Assembly: GCA_964255285.1 (NCBI GenBank)
Contig: CAXUUL010000043.1
Span: 1 to 47,697 of the forward strand
Origin: Ionaspis alba
Taxonomy: Eukaryota
Direction of reading: 5' to 3'
DNA: 47,697 nt
The notes under the pieces are model-generated. The model was not told the origin of the DNA and did no database searches. It worked only from the letters and a program-made list of their open reading frames with translations. Shown piece after piece: positions 23,622 to 35,059 of this stretch (positions are counted from its first letter, which is position 1; each line of letters opens with the position of its first letter). The position numbers were made by a program, and so were the translations under genes.

Positions 23622-24339
23622 TAGGAGAGTGCTTACTGTCCATTGGGTGAAAGGACGCAATGGCTGCTGGTTTCTACGATTAAATGTCTATAAGATTTGA
23701 CGATGAAATGCGAGACGACTGAAAAGCTCGAATTGCATTCCTTTCGGCTGCCTTAGAACCATCATGTATTGTCTCAGCTATAGCTGAGCCAGATGGGAAA
23801 TCGTTCTCAAAGACGGGCTCCCCAGTGCCTCTCATATATAGCAAGTAGAGCCTGTTTGAAATAAACAATACAAACAGAATTGACAACATTGTCCTCGGGC
23901 GAGCCTGCCCACCTAGGATCTAATGAACTCGAGTGATTGTAACGGCTAGAAAGCTACCCCAGCTAGTTCTGCTCCCCCTATTCTGCTTGAGCCTCGCCCA
24001 TACGCCGTAAATATCCCATCCGCAAGTTTCCAGCAAGGTCAACCGCGTTCTTGTAGCGTCTCTAATCTCAGTTCCCGGGGACTCTTCCTTCCAGAAATCT
24101 TGATGTTGATTCTAGCCGAACAGCCGAACCCACAATATCATTTGTGCACATAGATCATGAGAAATAAGATTACTTGACATGACGACTATCCTGTGGTTCT
24201 CCCTCCTTTCCCATGCATCCTAAGCCACCTGACGATCAAGCCAATTTTTGAACCTGCAAAGACGCCACGAAGATATGTATTTAGAGCCCATTCCGACAAT
24301 ACTGGGCCTTCCCAACAAGGTGAAACCGGCAATGCGAAA

Positions 24340-27191
24340 TCAGACAATACCATAAACTCTCTTGGCAATGAAGAAGCAGGAGACACCGAAGACGATGAGC
24401 CCCGCAGTGACTGTAATTCTCGTTAGCATAGTCCTCCTAGAATCCAATTCCAGGTGGAACTCACTGGACCAGAACCAATAAAGGTTATGCGTATCCTGTC
24501 CCGGTACCAACACATTCATACCCCACATACCCGTGATAATATTCATCGGCAGAACAATGGTCCCCAGAACAGTAAGTTTACCCAGCACGTCGGCAGTCTG
24601 TTCCTGACGCTCGTTCATGCGAATGTTGATCTGGGCGAGATAGTTCGAATGCGCACGAGATAGTAGACTATTCCATAAATTAGCCACCCGGTAAGAAAGA
24701 GCGGACTGAAGAAAAGGGAGGACAACGCACGTCTCATAATGGCTCAGATTACTCGTCATAGTAAGAATATGGTCCTGAATATCACCGAGGTACAGCCCAA
24801 TCTCCGAACGCGGCGCTATCTCCCACTGCTCGTTACAGCGCTTCGCAAAGCCTTTGATGACATCTGCCTTGTTACCAAGCAGGCGATAGAGGCCCATGAC
24901 TTTCTTCCTGCCTTGACCAACGCGGCGTAGCATATCGCCACCCGATTCGCCGCTCGTGGGTTCGCCGGCATCAGAGCGTTTTTCGTTGTCTTTGTCGTTC
25001 TTCGAGTTACTACCGTCGATTTTGTCGCCGCCGGCGTGAAGTTGTAGGATCGTGTCGTCGATGTCGTCGACCTCTTCTTCTATGGATTGAATGAGTGGAG
25101 CGAAGACGTCGGTAATGTCGTCGATTATGGCGTATGAAATCCAATCCGAGCTCAATATGAGATAGTCCTTGAGCTGGCGAATACGGCGACGGACGTTGGC
25201 GGGATGGGGTGTCATGGAGAAGTGGAAGCTGATTACTCCTTCTCGGAAGACCACTACATACATGTTGACGGGCTCGAGGTAGTCTTCGCTGCTCATGTCT
25301 TGTTCAAAAGTCCGATAATTGACGAAGTAGTAATTTCGGAACAGCTCGACTTTTTCTCGTGCTTCCTGTACCATGATGTCTTCCGCTGTCAAAGGGTGGA
25401 TCCCGAACGTCTTCGATATCACTCTCATTTCTGTGTCGGTGGGAGAGAGTACGTCAAGCCAGAACGTAGGTCTGGCACCATATCTCTTGGACTTCTCTTT
25501 GAGCTGCTGGTTCTGTGATGGCTGTTGAGCCTGTGAAGCAGAAGGGGTTACGGCCCCGGAATGCTCCTTCGATTGCCCCTTAGGACCGCCAATAATAGAC
25601 GATTGCCTCGTGCCAGCTCTTGAGCCGGGGCTCAAGTCCCCTTTATCTGTAGCGTTATCTTGGTAGCTCACGTTATCGTCATCCTCCGAGTCAGAATCAC
25701 TAAGCTCGGGTGGATCAGGAATAAACAGATCTCTAAAGCTTTGACCAGGCTGTACAAGCTCTGAAATAGTCTGGCTGTGTATGGTGCTCTGGAACTCTTC
25801 ATTGAAGTAGGTAAATCTGTAGGGTGCGTCTTCTTCCATTCGATGCCATCCGTTCTTCTGTGGTCGTAATCTACCGCCCACAAGTACAGGTTCACTGATC
25901 TTCTTCGCACGGATGCCCTCGCTCCGCACTTCCTTTTCCTCGGCACTCCATGCTTCAAGCACTGATAGATCAGGCCATTGCCGTGCTCGTCGTCTATGCT
26001 GCGTACTGCCATCAGGATGCGCGTGACCACCGTGCATGTAGTCATCGTCTGCCATCTCTGACATCCCTTCCAAAGGAAAGCAGACATCTTCCTCGGCAGG
26101 AATTGCCATTGTGCGTCGCCGTTGCTCGGTGGACGTGCGTCTAGGTGTTGGCGGAGACGAGTTGCCAAATATGTTCTCGTTCCCATCACCATCAACATCT
26201 ATGAGGTGGTCTCCGAGCGCTGGTGCTGTTGCTCGTCGGTCGGAAGGTGATACGGGTGGTGCAAGGGATCCAGTAAGGACATCTTCGTAGCCTATATCAG
26301 GCCCAATTTTGGGACTACTGGGAACCGATGGTGGATTGTTGACATCGTACTCTTGTGGCAAGCCAGTTGGAGGATCCCTGACTGGGAAACGCTTCCGCTT
26401 ACTCGAAGATGATGTTCCAGCTGACGAGCCTCGAGTTGCAGCATCAGGACGAGATCTTCGACCTTGATCTCCTAGCATTCCGTACATCGACCCATGGCCT
26501 GAGGGCGGCCTCCCATTATTCGATGATGATAAGAGGGGTGTGCGACTATCTGCGACCACATCATCCTCTTCAGAGTCGCCGCCAGACGACCTATGTGCTC
26601 GGTTGGGCCGCGGTCTGCGATTCTGCCCTTCGTTTGACACGAAGGGGTTTGAATATGCTGGTCGATAAGAGGAGCTGGCATCGTGGCTTGATTGACTTGG
26701 TCTGGCATTGAATACATTCTGTCCCAATCGGCTATCACGACGAGCTCGCATTGGAGGGTGTTCACTGTATATAGATGTAATTAGCGTCTTAGAACCACTG
26801 TTACTCCGAACTTGCCTCCATACCGATGATCCAGCAGTGCTTGGCTATCTAAACTCGTTTGGCTCAAATTGCCACCGCCTGATTGTCCTAGTCTGTAGAA
26901 GGGGGGTCGACCATTTCCGGGTGTTTGAGGCTCAAGCATCTCACTCGACCTTGAGCCTTCTACGTCACCCATATTATCAGGCGGGAGAGCGAAAGATTGT
27001 CTCCGAGTGCGCTTCTTCCTTCCGGCGCGATGGTTTTTCCTCTTCTTTGGTGCGGCACCATCGCCTTGAGTAGTTGGTACAGCGCTAGTGGTAGATTGGG
27101 TGTTTTGTAATGCTCCAGTAGGGCGTTGTGGTCCTCCAGATGAGAAATCGGTGCTCTGGGTCTGCCCACCGGGAGGGGGGCGAGTTGCCAT
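24340..27191 (-). CDS. ALR1: CorA-family Mg2+ transporter, Alr1 type, 4 exons
   Basis: Introns 26765-26823, 24668-24730, 24411-24464. Motifs EEDVCFP, FGIHPLTAEDI, REKVELFRNYY, WISYAIIDDITDVF, LYLGDIQDH, and the CorA GMN signature (TGMWGMNV) between two C-terminal TMs. Confidence 0.95.
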
Positions 27192-28669
27192 TTTGACTTG
27201 GACACTATGGCAATTGATAGGAGTTGTCCTGAGATAGGTGATTTTGGAGAGGTCTGCACCTCATGAGTTACAAATTCAACTGTTCTAACACCCCTAGAGT
27301 GCAATTGAGATATCGACAATGGCAGAAATATTTGATGAAGTTGTGGATCGAGGAGAAGAAGATAGAGCCAAGAATGCGGCTCTCTTTAGCGTGATGTCAA
27401 ACGTCATAGCTCCGTAGTAGATCCCGATGCGGAATTCGAGTGAGTGGAGGAGCTTAATCGATGGCTTTCATTATTCGAGCACAATCAGTGCCGAAGAACT
27501 CAGCTGAGGATACCAATAAGCCTACGATTATTATCTGGTAAAAGACAAATTGTGTTGTAGGAATGGGTCACGAAGAGGAGGTAACAGTTCGAGCTCGCGT
27601 GACCTATTACCAGATCCATCGATTGAAATGTTCTAATCTCTTACGGCTCTGCACAAGAGTAGAGACTCAGCGTCTGTGACTGAATCCTCGCTGCATGCGT
27701 AGATTGCTACATGGCAGCTGCTAAGATATCCTTATTCATGAAAGACGTCTAAAGCTGGCCTAGTTGGTGGCCGGAAAAGCTAATGTAGGATCCAGCCACG
27801 GGACACCGTAGGTGTAGACATTGGGTGGTTCTATCTTTCGCTTTAGCGGAGCTTCCTGCCTTGCTTAAGTAATGGATAGCACAAAAGAGACCTGCTTGGC
27901 CGACAACAATCCTTAAGAAACAGCCAATAGACGCTACTCCGCCAAGTAACTTTCCATAAAGTATGTACGCTCGAAAGTCTCTGCCCTCGACTCTTAGCAA
28001 GACTCCCTCATTCTGCTCAAATACCATGGCGCGACCCCAGTTGGACCAGCAGCGTCTTCTCAATATAGACTCTCCAAGTGGTGTCTTCCAGATTTCTTTA
28101 CCTCGTTGTAAACGTAGGCCGATCAATACTCAATTACCACCAGTGACCGAGCTCGTGCATAGTATTAGAGATGATCTGGATATCACTTCTTCTAGGAACT
28201 AGCGCTGGAGTAATCAAGCATCCGTCGCAAGATTTCCTCCTTCAGGTTTCGAGAACTGAGTTGGGGGAAATGAGACACTCCAGGTTCCATTGGCAGAATT
28301 CTCATAGAACGGCTGAGATACTAAGAGGAGTGTATTCCCCCTTTCTCAGCACGTCCACGTAGTGGCCGAGAGCCTGTAATTGACCCCCTTTGGCTGCTCT
28401 CTCCGCTGCATCAAGACCCGATCAAACACACAGATGGATCTCGTCTCCCTCACCTAAACGCTGGAGTCAGAGATAGATCCAATTGCGTTAGAGCAAGACA
28501 TCCCCATTTGCGGGACTTTGGCCAAGAACCACGGGGAGTTTAGTGATGACGGGTTGTAGGTGCGAAGGGAGTGTCCTTAAACATAGCAGGAGGGAGATTT
28601 TCCACACTCTGAAGGTTTGCACGACCCGATCGTGCTGTTCCCCTTTCCGGTCAAGACCATTCCGAAGTT

Positions 28670-29521
28670 TCATATCAACTCCGCATGCCCTCCCTCAACC
28701 ACCTCCTTCACGGCGCTCCACCTCACCACAAAGACATCACCTCTCCTCATCTCAAACGCGATGTCGGTCCCCTCGACCACAATCTCAGGCACATCTTTCA
28801 ACGCCCTCACGAAGACCGCTTTGTCCAAGTCCGGCTGTTCCACCATCGAGATCCCCCCCGCGGTATCATCCATGCGCTGCAACGCGCTGGGGAACTGCGA
28901 GAGGAAAGAAGAGTGATAGTGGGCATTCAGCAAGCTTTGGTGCTTAGTGGCGTATTGGATCTCGGAGACGGAGAGGCGAGACTTTTGCGCAGGATTGGTC
29001 AGATAGTGAAGAGCATACTTGTCGATCTGTTGGGGCCAGAGGCGTTAGTCATGCGTCTTGAGAGCATAGCTAGAATAGACTGTGTGGTGCATACTTTCGC
29101 GATTCTGGCGCGTAGAAAAGAGCGGACGAGGAATTTGAAGCGCTCGAGCTCGGTCTGGAGGATTATAAGACGGAAATTGGTCTTGGGATCCATGTTTCCG
29201 GTTTGCTCCTCGATAATTTCAATCTAAGAAGTCCAATGGCACTGTTAGCAAGCCCTATGACCAATGTCTCCCTAAGTCGGTATGCTCTAGTATAACAAAT
29301 GATCACGCAGTGCATTGGAATAGGAGTGGTGCAAGTAGTTCGGTATTCCTCACCTGCTTCGATATCCTTGACAGCACTCTGTCCATCAAATCCTCAGGCC
29401 ATGGCAGGACCTCCGGTGCACAACGCTCGATCACCCAGGCACGGGTGAGGGCTTGCAGGTCACGGGTTTCCTGCGGGACGCTGTCTGCGTCGACCTCAGC
29501 GAGTATGTCATCGATGTCCAT
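28670..29521 (-). CDS. SLD5: GINS complex subunit Sld5, 3 exons
   Basis: [32 protein letters not shown] | [24 protein letters not shown] | IDKYALHYL...[12 protein letters not shown]...[13 protein letters not shown]...AELI. GT..AG introns at ~29224-29353 and ~29027-29094. Confidence 0.95.
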
Positions 29522-30473
29522 GGCGACAATCTGAGGCTGAGAGGATGCATTAGACCACCAAAGAAGCTCTGGTCGAGTATCCAACGAGCCCTGGTTTAAA
29601 TTATGAATTGAGCTAATTGAAGTGTAACGTCGAAAACATACGGCCAGAGTTTATTTAGGCGAGAAAATTCCCGCCGTCGCGCCTCATGTTTACTCGCACA
29701 GATTCGCATTGGTGTTTTTCATGCTTTTATGCCGACGAGAGTTTGCACACTACATTCACAGATCATCACTCTCCCAGCACAAAATGAATGTTTATGCTGT
29801 TTTGATTGAATCCTACCAAATGTTCCAACGCTCCGAGAAAATCCCTTGCCCTAGCTTTTACCTTACCCCTTTTTGTTGCTCCATTCTCTACAGAATATGT
29901 ACAGAAGAAAACGAAGCAGCGGGTACTACAAAGTGGTGGGTATCGAATGATTGGAACGCCACCGACATGAAGCAGAAGTAGTACAGGTTATTTACATAAC
30001 GCTTCTCCTGTGAACGTGGTCGGGAACGAAGTATGGGACCAATTTAGTCCCATGACTAGTCAGGAAGACCTGTAATGATATTAAAGCACTTGAGCACTTG
30101 CTGGTCGTTTTGCGATCAAGTGAGATCGGTGTGCTGGAGGTATAGCTTGTGGAACCAGCCAAGAAGTATCATCAGAGTTGAAAGAACGAGTGGTTCTTTG
30201 TAGGTCTTGAAACGAGTGCACGGCCTCGCAGCAGCCCAGGTAGTGGGAGGACGTGATGGCGGTCATGAAAGAAAGTTGAAAGTCCTGAGAAACAGGCGCC
30301 TTGGCCAGAATGGCGCCGTCCAATGCAACGATGCAGGCGCAGGGTGTGTAATCAATGGTATAACCGCATGCCAAACCGAGTAGTAAACGCCTTGAATACC
30401 GCAGTATAGTATAGAGATTCAAGTCAGGAGCAGTTCGAAGTGCTGAAAGAGAGTAGGAGAGTTTTCGTGCTGA

Positions 30474-32308
30474 TTAGTACGATGCCATTCGCCGTGCTTG
30501 ACCTCGCATGGAGTCACAGCCCGAGTCGATGGCAATATCCATACCCATCATTATCGTGTCATCACATCGTCGGCCACGGCTGCCAGCAGTAGGGCTATCA
30601 TCAATGGGCAGACTGTGTTGGCCGAAAGCAAATGTCTGTGCCCTGCTGAGCTTGGTTCGTTGTTGCTTGATGCGTCCTAAGCCACGCTCACACGCGTTGG
30701 CGTACTCCTTGTCATTCATCTCGACATAGTTCTGAGGAAAGCATCGGGTAGTATGATCTTTGAAAAAGGCGCTGTATCCTCCGTCGAGAATATAAACTTC
30801 AGGATAAGATAGTTTAGGGTATTGATGGGCATTTGTTGCACGGTCTTCGTGTCGAATAAACCTTGCAGCAATAGGGGCTCGATGTGCAGAATACTCGCAG
30901 TGAAATACGAGAAGCGTCGTCTGTGATGATGAATTCTGGAAAAGCTTGCTAGCTAGCTCCTCTTTGTTGTTGAAGTTAATTGCACCTTCGATATGACCTC
31001 CTTTGTACTCATACTCGAATCGGCAATCGATGATGTGGGTCTGGTCGTAGCACTGGCTGTATTTGCCATCCAAGATGGCGACCATCGTGTCCTTCGATAT
31101 CCGAGGGATTGTCTCGTCTTCGGAAAACGTATGTGGCAATCGCAATTGAGGAGTATCGTCGAGATCCATAATCGACTGCATGCTGCATTCCGCTGCTTGT
31201 GTAGCTCTCTGCTGTTTCATGACTTCGCCTGGATGTTCGAACATGCTGAGCGATCGACGAAATTGCTTCCTTGGTCGTGGTCCAGGAGCAGACGTCTTAC
31301 GAACATGACCCACTAAAGGTGAGCCTACACAGCGACCATTGCTATTTGAGCTCGGAAACGCTGTCCGTGGCCTGGATGGAGCTATCATGGAGGAGGGTGC
31401 GTTCGGGAACGTGCCTTGCTCTGGAGATTCAACGAAGCACTCCTCGAGAGATAGCAATGATGCAGTGGCAGACGACAACCCGTTGCCGAAGCGAAAAGGA
31501 GGACGAGGATCGAATCCTGCAGATTTCGTTGTCACGGCGTTTGTCGAGTTCCCTTTGGTGCGTGAGAGGCAAGGTCGTAGCATGGTAGGTCTCCTACGTC
31601 TACTCCGTGGTCAGAAACTTGAATGCCTACCCTGTTCAGATTGACTTACTCTGGGACTGGAGGAGGCTTCATAGCTTCCAGTGGAGATTCTGGAACAACA
31701 GCTGGAGAAGATATCATGGGGTCCGCCGTTGGAGTGGGTTCTGGTGTAGGAGATTGGACGTGTATTTGAGCTGGCCGAGAGAATGGTGGCTTGTGGGGTA
31801 AAGGAGAGATATCCATAGACTCGTTTGCTGGGCCCGGCGACGATGATGGCAAAGGGGGTGTGATAACATTCTCTGTACCTCCATTAGCAGTGTGTCGGAT
31901 CCCCTATGTGATGAACACGACATACCCCGACCATTCAATGTCCCAAAAAGATTCGAAGAAAAGAGCGAACGCCGCGGTGTTGGCAATTGTGGACTATGGC
32001 AGATGAGCGTCCGCTAGCATCGAGAAAATCCCCGGTACTGGCTATTACCTTTGATCAATGTGAAAGTTCTGGGATAGATCTGCCGCTAGACTCGACGTAG
32101 GAGACGAGCCACGGACGGGCTTGAGGTTGAAGTAATCATTGGTCGGGGCCTTTTTCATGCTCAGGTCCTTGAAATTGAAATTGCCGGACCCAAAGCCTAT
32201 ATCTCTTCCGCATTGTGGGTTGGACGTAGAACCATTGAGTCGGAAACCCCAGTGTGGGAAAGGAAGTGATTGGGGTTGCATGGCAGCTAAGGGTGATGAT
32301 CTTTCCAT
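30474..32308 (-). CDS. MIH1: Cdc25/Mih1/NimT M-phase inducer phosphatase, 4 exons
   Basis: Start MERSSPLAAMQP; motifs GSSPTSSLAADLSQNFHID, PTPRRSLF, MDISPLPHKPPF; rhodanese domain IIDCRFEYEYKGGHI; active site HCEYSAHRAP (HCX5R); LSYPEVYILDGGYSAFF. Confidence 0.96.
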
Positions 32309-35059
32309 GGTTGAATGAACGATTGTGTGGTTAAGCAAGATGTCGAGCGAGTGAAATGTCGTGAAAGCGAGGTATGCTCTTCAAAGCATTCAAGTTGATT
32401 GGGTCCTGGCAAGACAGGGCAATCGACTTCCACGGGGCGTTGGTGGATCGACAGGTACTGGATTAAGACTGACTCTTCTCTAAGTTGCCGTTGGAATACA
32501 GGTTAGGATGTCCGATGTTCCGGTCAATTATTGAAGCCTAAGGTCAGCATGGCCAGCAATCCATTGACGGTCCTCCTGGAACTGATAGGATATGACAGGT
32601 CCCAGGGCGTTGACGACGGGGGTGATGAGACCGTCGATGAGGGTTGGACTGAGGATGAGGGGAGAGAAGGAGAGAAGGAAAAGGATGAGGCTCGTTGAGA
32701 GGAGTCAGACGATGAAGCAATAGAGCAAAGCTGGGAAAGAAGTAGGAGAAGCAGCTGAAGCTCCAAGTTGTCGAAGCAACAGGTGGGGATGCCCTGGCCA
32801 GCAGTAGACGGCTCGAGTGGAGGGGATTTTCCCAGGCACGACGAACCAGCGATTGAGCCTAAGCGACTTGGCCCAGAGGCTGTCCGTTTTGCCCACCCTT
32901 GTCCACCTTACTGCTTCTGTTCTCTCTCTTCGACCTAGCAACGTTGGGCAGATCTTTGAATTCTATGCCTCCTGCACCTCATTGGTCGACTGCTGCAGCG
33001 AAAAGCCTCAGGATCTGAGCTACGATTTAGGATTTACCAGCTTCCTGAGATTCCCATGACGTTACAAGCGTCTAATTGAGCGGTTACCGTGCTGTTTTCA
33101 TGCTTTGTTCCAAGGCTAATAATGAGGCCGTTGAGGCCGTTGCTATGCTCTTTGACACGACTCAGTATCGAGTTTGACAGGACTAGTTCGAACAGCAAAC
33201 AGATGACGATATAGTTCACGGTCTTTGCCCTCAGAACAGGATCGTGCGGCGTTCGGTAAGAAGGACAAGAGTCTCGGAGCTCTCAGAGCTGAGTGGACCA
33301 CGGTATCTGCGTTGCCATAGGAGTGTCGCGTAACACTCTCACATAAACTGACATGGGTCACCATATCATCCCATGATCCCACAACACCACCACGTACTGG
33401 CCCTGGCTCGTAAGCAATAGTGAAGAATCTGCCGACAGGATTTGGAGAAGTCGAGGATTATTGTACTGCGTGCCCTTTGTTCTCGAGAGCTTTCTATCGC
33501 TCATTCTCGGAACAATCCAGAAGCAAATCTCAGGAATGTTTACAAAATTCCATTCATCTCAGCAATGCTTCTCTGTAGCGACCGAGTTGTCCCGCCCACC
33601 AAAGCAATTATTAAAGCCGATCAATTTTACTTCCGTGTAGCTCCACTCTTATCGTCATTCTCGCGCAATCATCTAAGGCCAGCCCGCCACTGCCGTGCTT
33701 CTTGTCCAACCTACTCCCTCTTCCGGAATGGTGCAGTCGTATCGGGATTTCGAGTGACCCGTCTCTGCCTCAGCCTCGATCAGGCCGAGTGGTCCAATTC
33801 CTATGCCGGTGGTGAGCGAGACGCTGTGGGCAGGGATATCTAAGCGCTACAGCAGAACTAAAGGCTCCGCCATGTTGGTTGTTATGTCGGGGATGGGTTC
33901 GAGCTTGTCCTGAATTGATGAAACACTCGACCTCTGCGTTGTCAGAGGAAGGTCGAGGGGCTTATTCTTTACGTCCATTGGACCTTGGAAAGATGGCCGG
34001 TGCTCCCTGGTACTTCCGCTACTCGCGATCGCCCTCCTCGACTCCGATCTTTTGCCTTGATTTTACACAATGCCTCCTCAGGCGGGTATATAGACCTGCA
34101 GGCTTGAAGCAGGCTCTAAATCTGCGCATTGGCTGTCGTGCAGCAATAGCGCCAGACTTGTAGATACGACAGAGAGTACACAAGGTAACGATCGTCCTCT
34201 CAGTGCATCAGTTTCGGTGATGGTATGCCAAATAAGGATGAGAATGATCAGAAAACTTGAATCGCTGTAATTATCTTTAACAAGAACAACAATGACTTGC
34301 CCGCCCTTCCACACAACGATAGCCCCGCCATCAATGGTCTTGTACAGCTAGACACGCTCATAGGCATACCAAATTTAAACGGGTACTGTTTGTCGCCGAT
34401 GACCCTTGTTGTGATTACCTTGATCAAGGGCAGCCACCGACGCAACCTCATGTTTGTTGAAAAACTTGATCTCGCGTGCTTCCGAGAAAGTCAACATACA
34501 GGGGTGCGCGAAATTGTCGCGAAGAAGCATGACTACTACATAATCACCGACTGCCGACCCATGGATGTTGAGATTATCATGATTGCAACTAGATCTTATC
34601 AGTACGAACCAGAATTTGACAGACTTTCTCGCTGACGATCTTTCTCAAGTTTTCGAGTCAAGGAGATCTATATTTGGTTCCTGTAATATTAATTTTCACG
34701 GTAGCCGAAGAAGTAAGCCAGCTAGTGATTCTATTTGCATGTTCGTCTTGCGTGGAATCATCCATCAAACTTCTTGCACAGGTTGACCTTTGATACACGA
34801 CCCTGAAGCTTCAATTGTAATTTACGTATATCAGCCAAATTCGTATCTAGAAGAGTCATGTAACCCAATTATTACCGGGCTGCAATTACAGTAGGAAGGA
34901 CTTAGCTCTGGAGTCTCGATCATGACACGTGATTTGCCCGCTAAGCCATGTCAAATCTAGTTTGAGCTCGGAAAACCCTACCGTTTCGAGAACGAACATC
35001 ACAAAAATATGCTTTGAGACACTTCAGTCACGACTGTTATCAGTCAAATATAAGACGCA

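Noticed and set aside
24071..24090. Minus-strand GAAGAGTCCCCGG resembling the RNase MRP CR-I motif
   Set aside because: Imperfect match, no CR-V partner found downstream, and it lies in the probable ALR1 3' UTR.
27566..27604. GGTCACG...CGTGACC stem with internal GTTCGA (tRNA T-loop-like)
   Set aside because: Too short, with no D or anticodon arms, so not a cloverleaf.
28543..28612. GTGATGA...CTGA, possible box C/D snoRNA
   Set aside because: No terminal stem and no rRNA-complementary guide that I can recognise. Such box pairs occur by chance.
32524..32766. Ser-rich 80-aa ORF upstream of cdc25
   Set aside because: Starts at TTG, with no in-frame ATG until the last 8 codons. It is a translation of a CT-rich leader/promoter tract.
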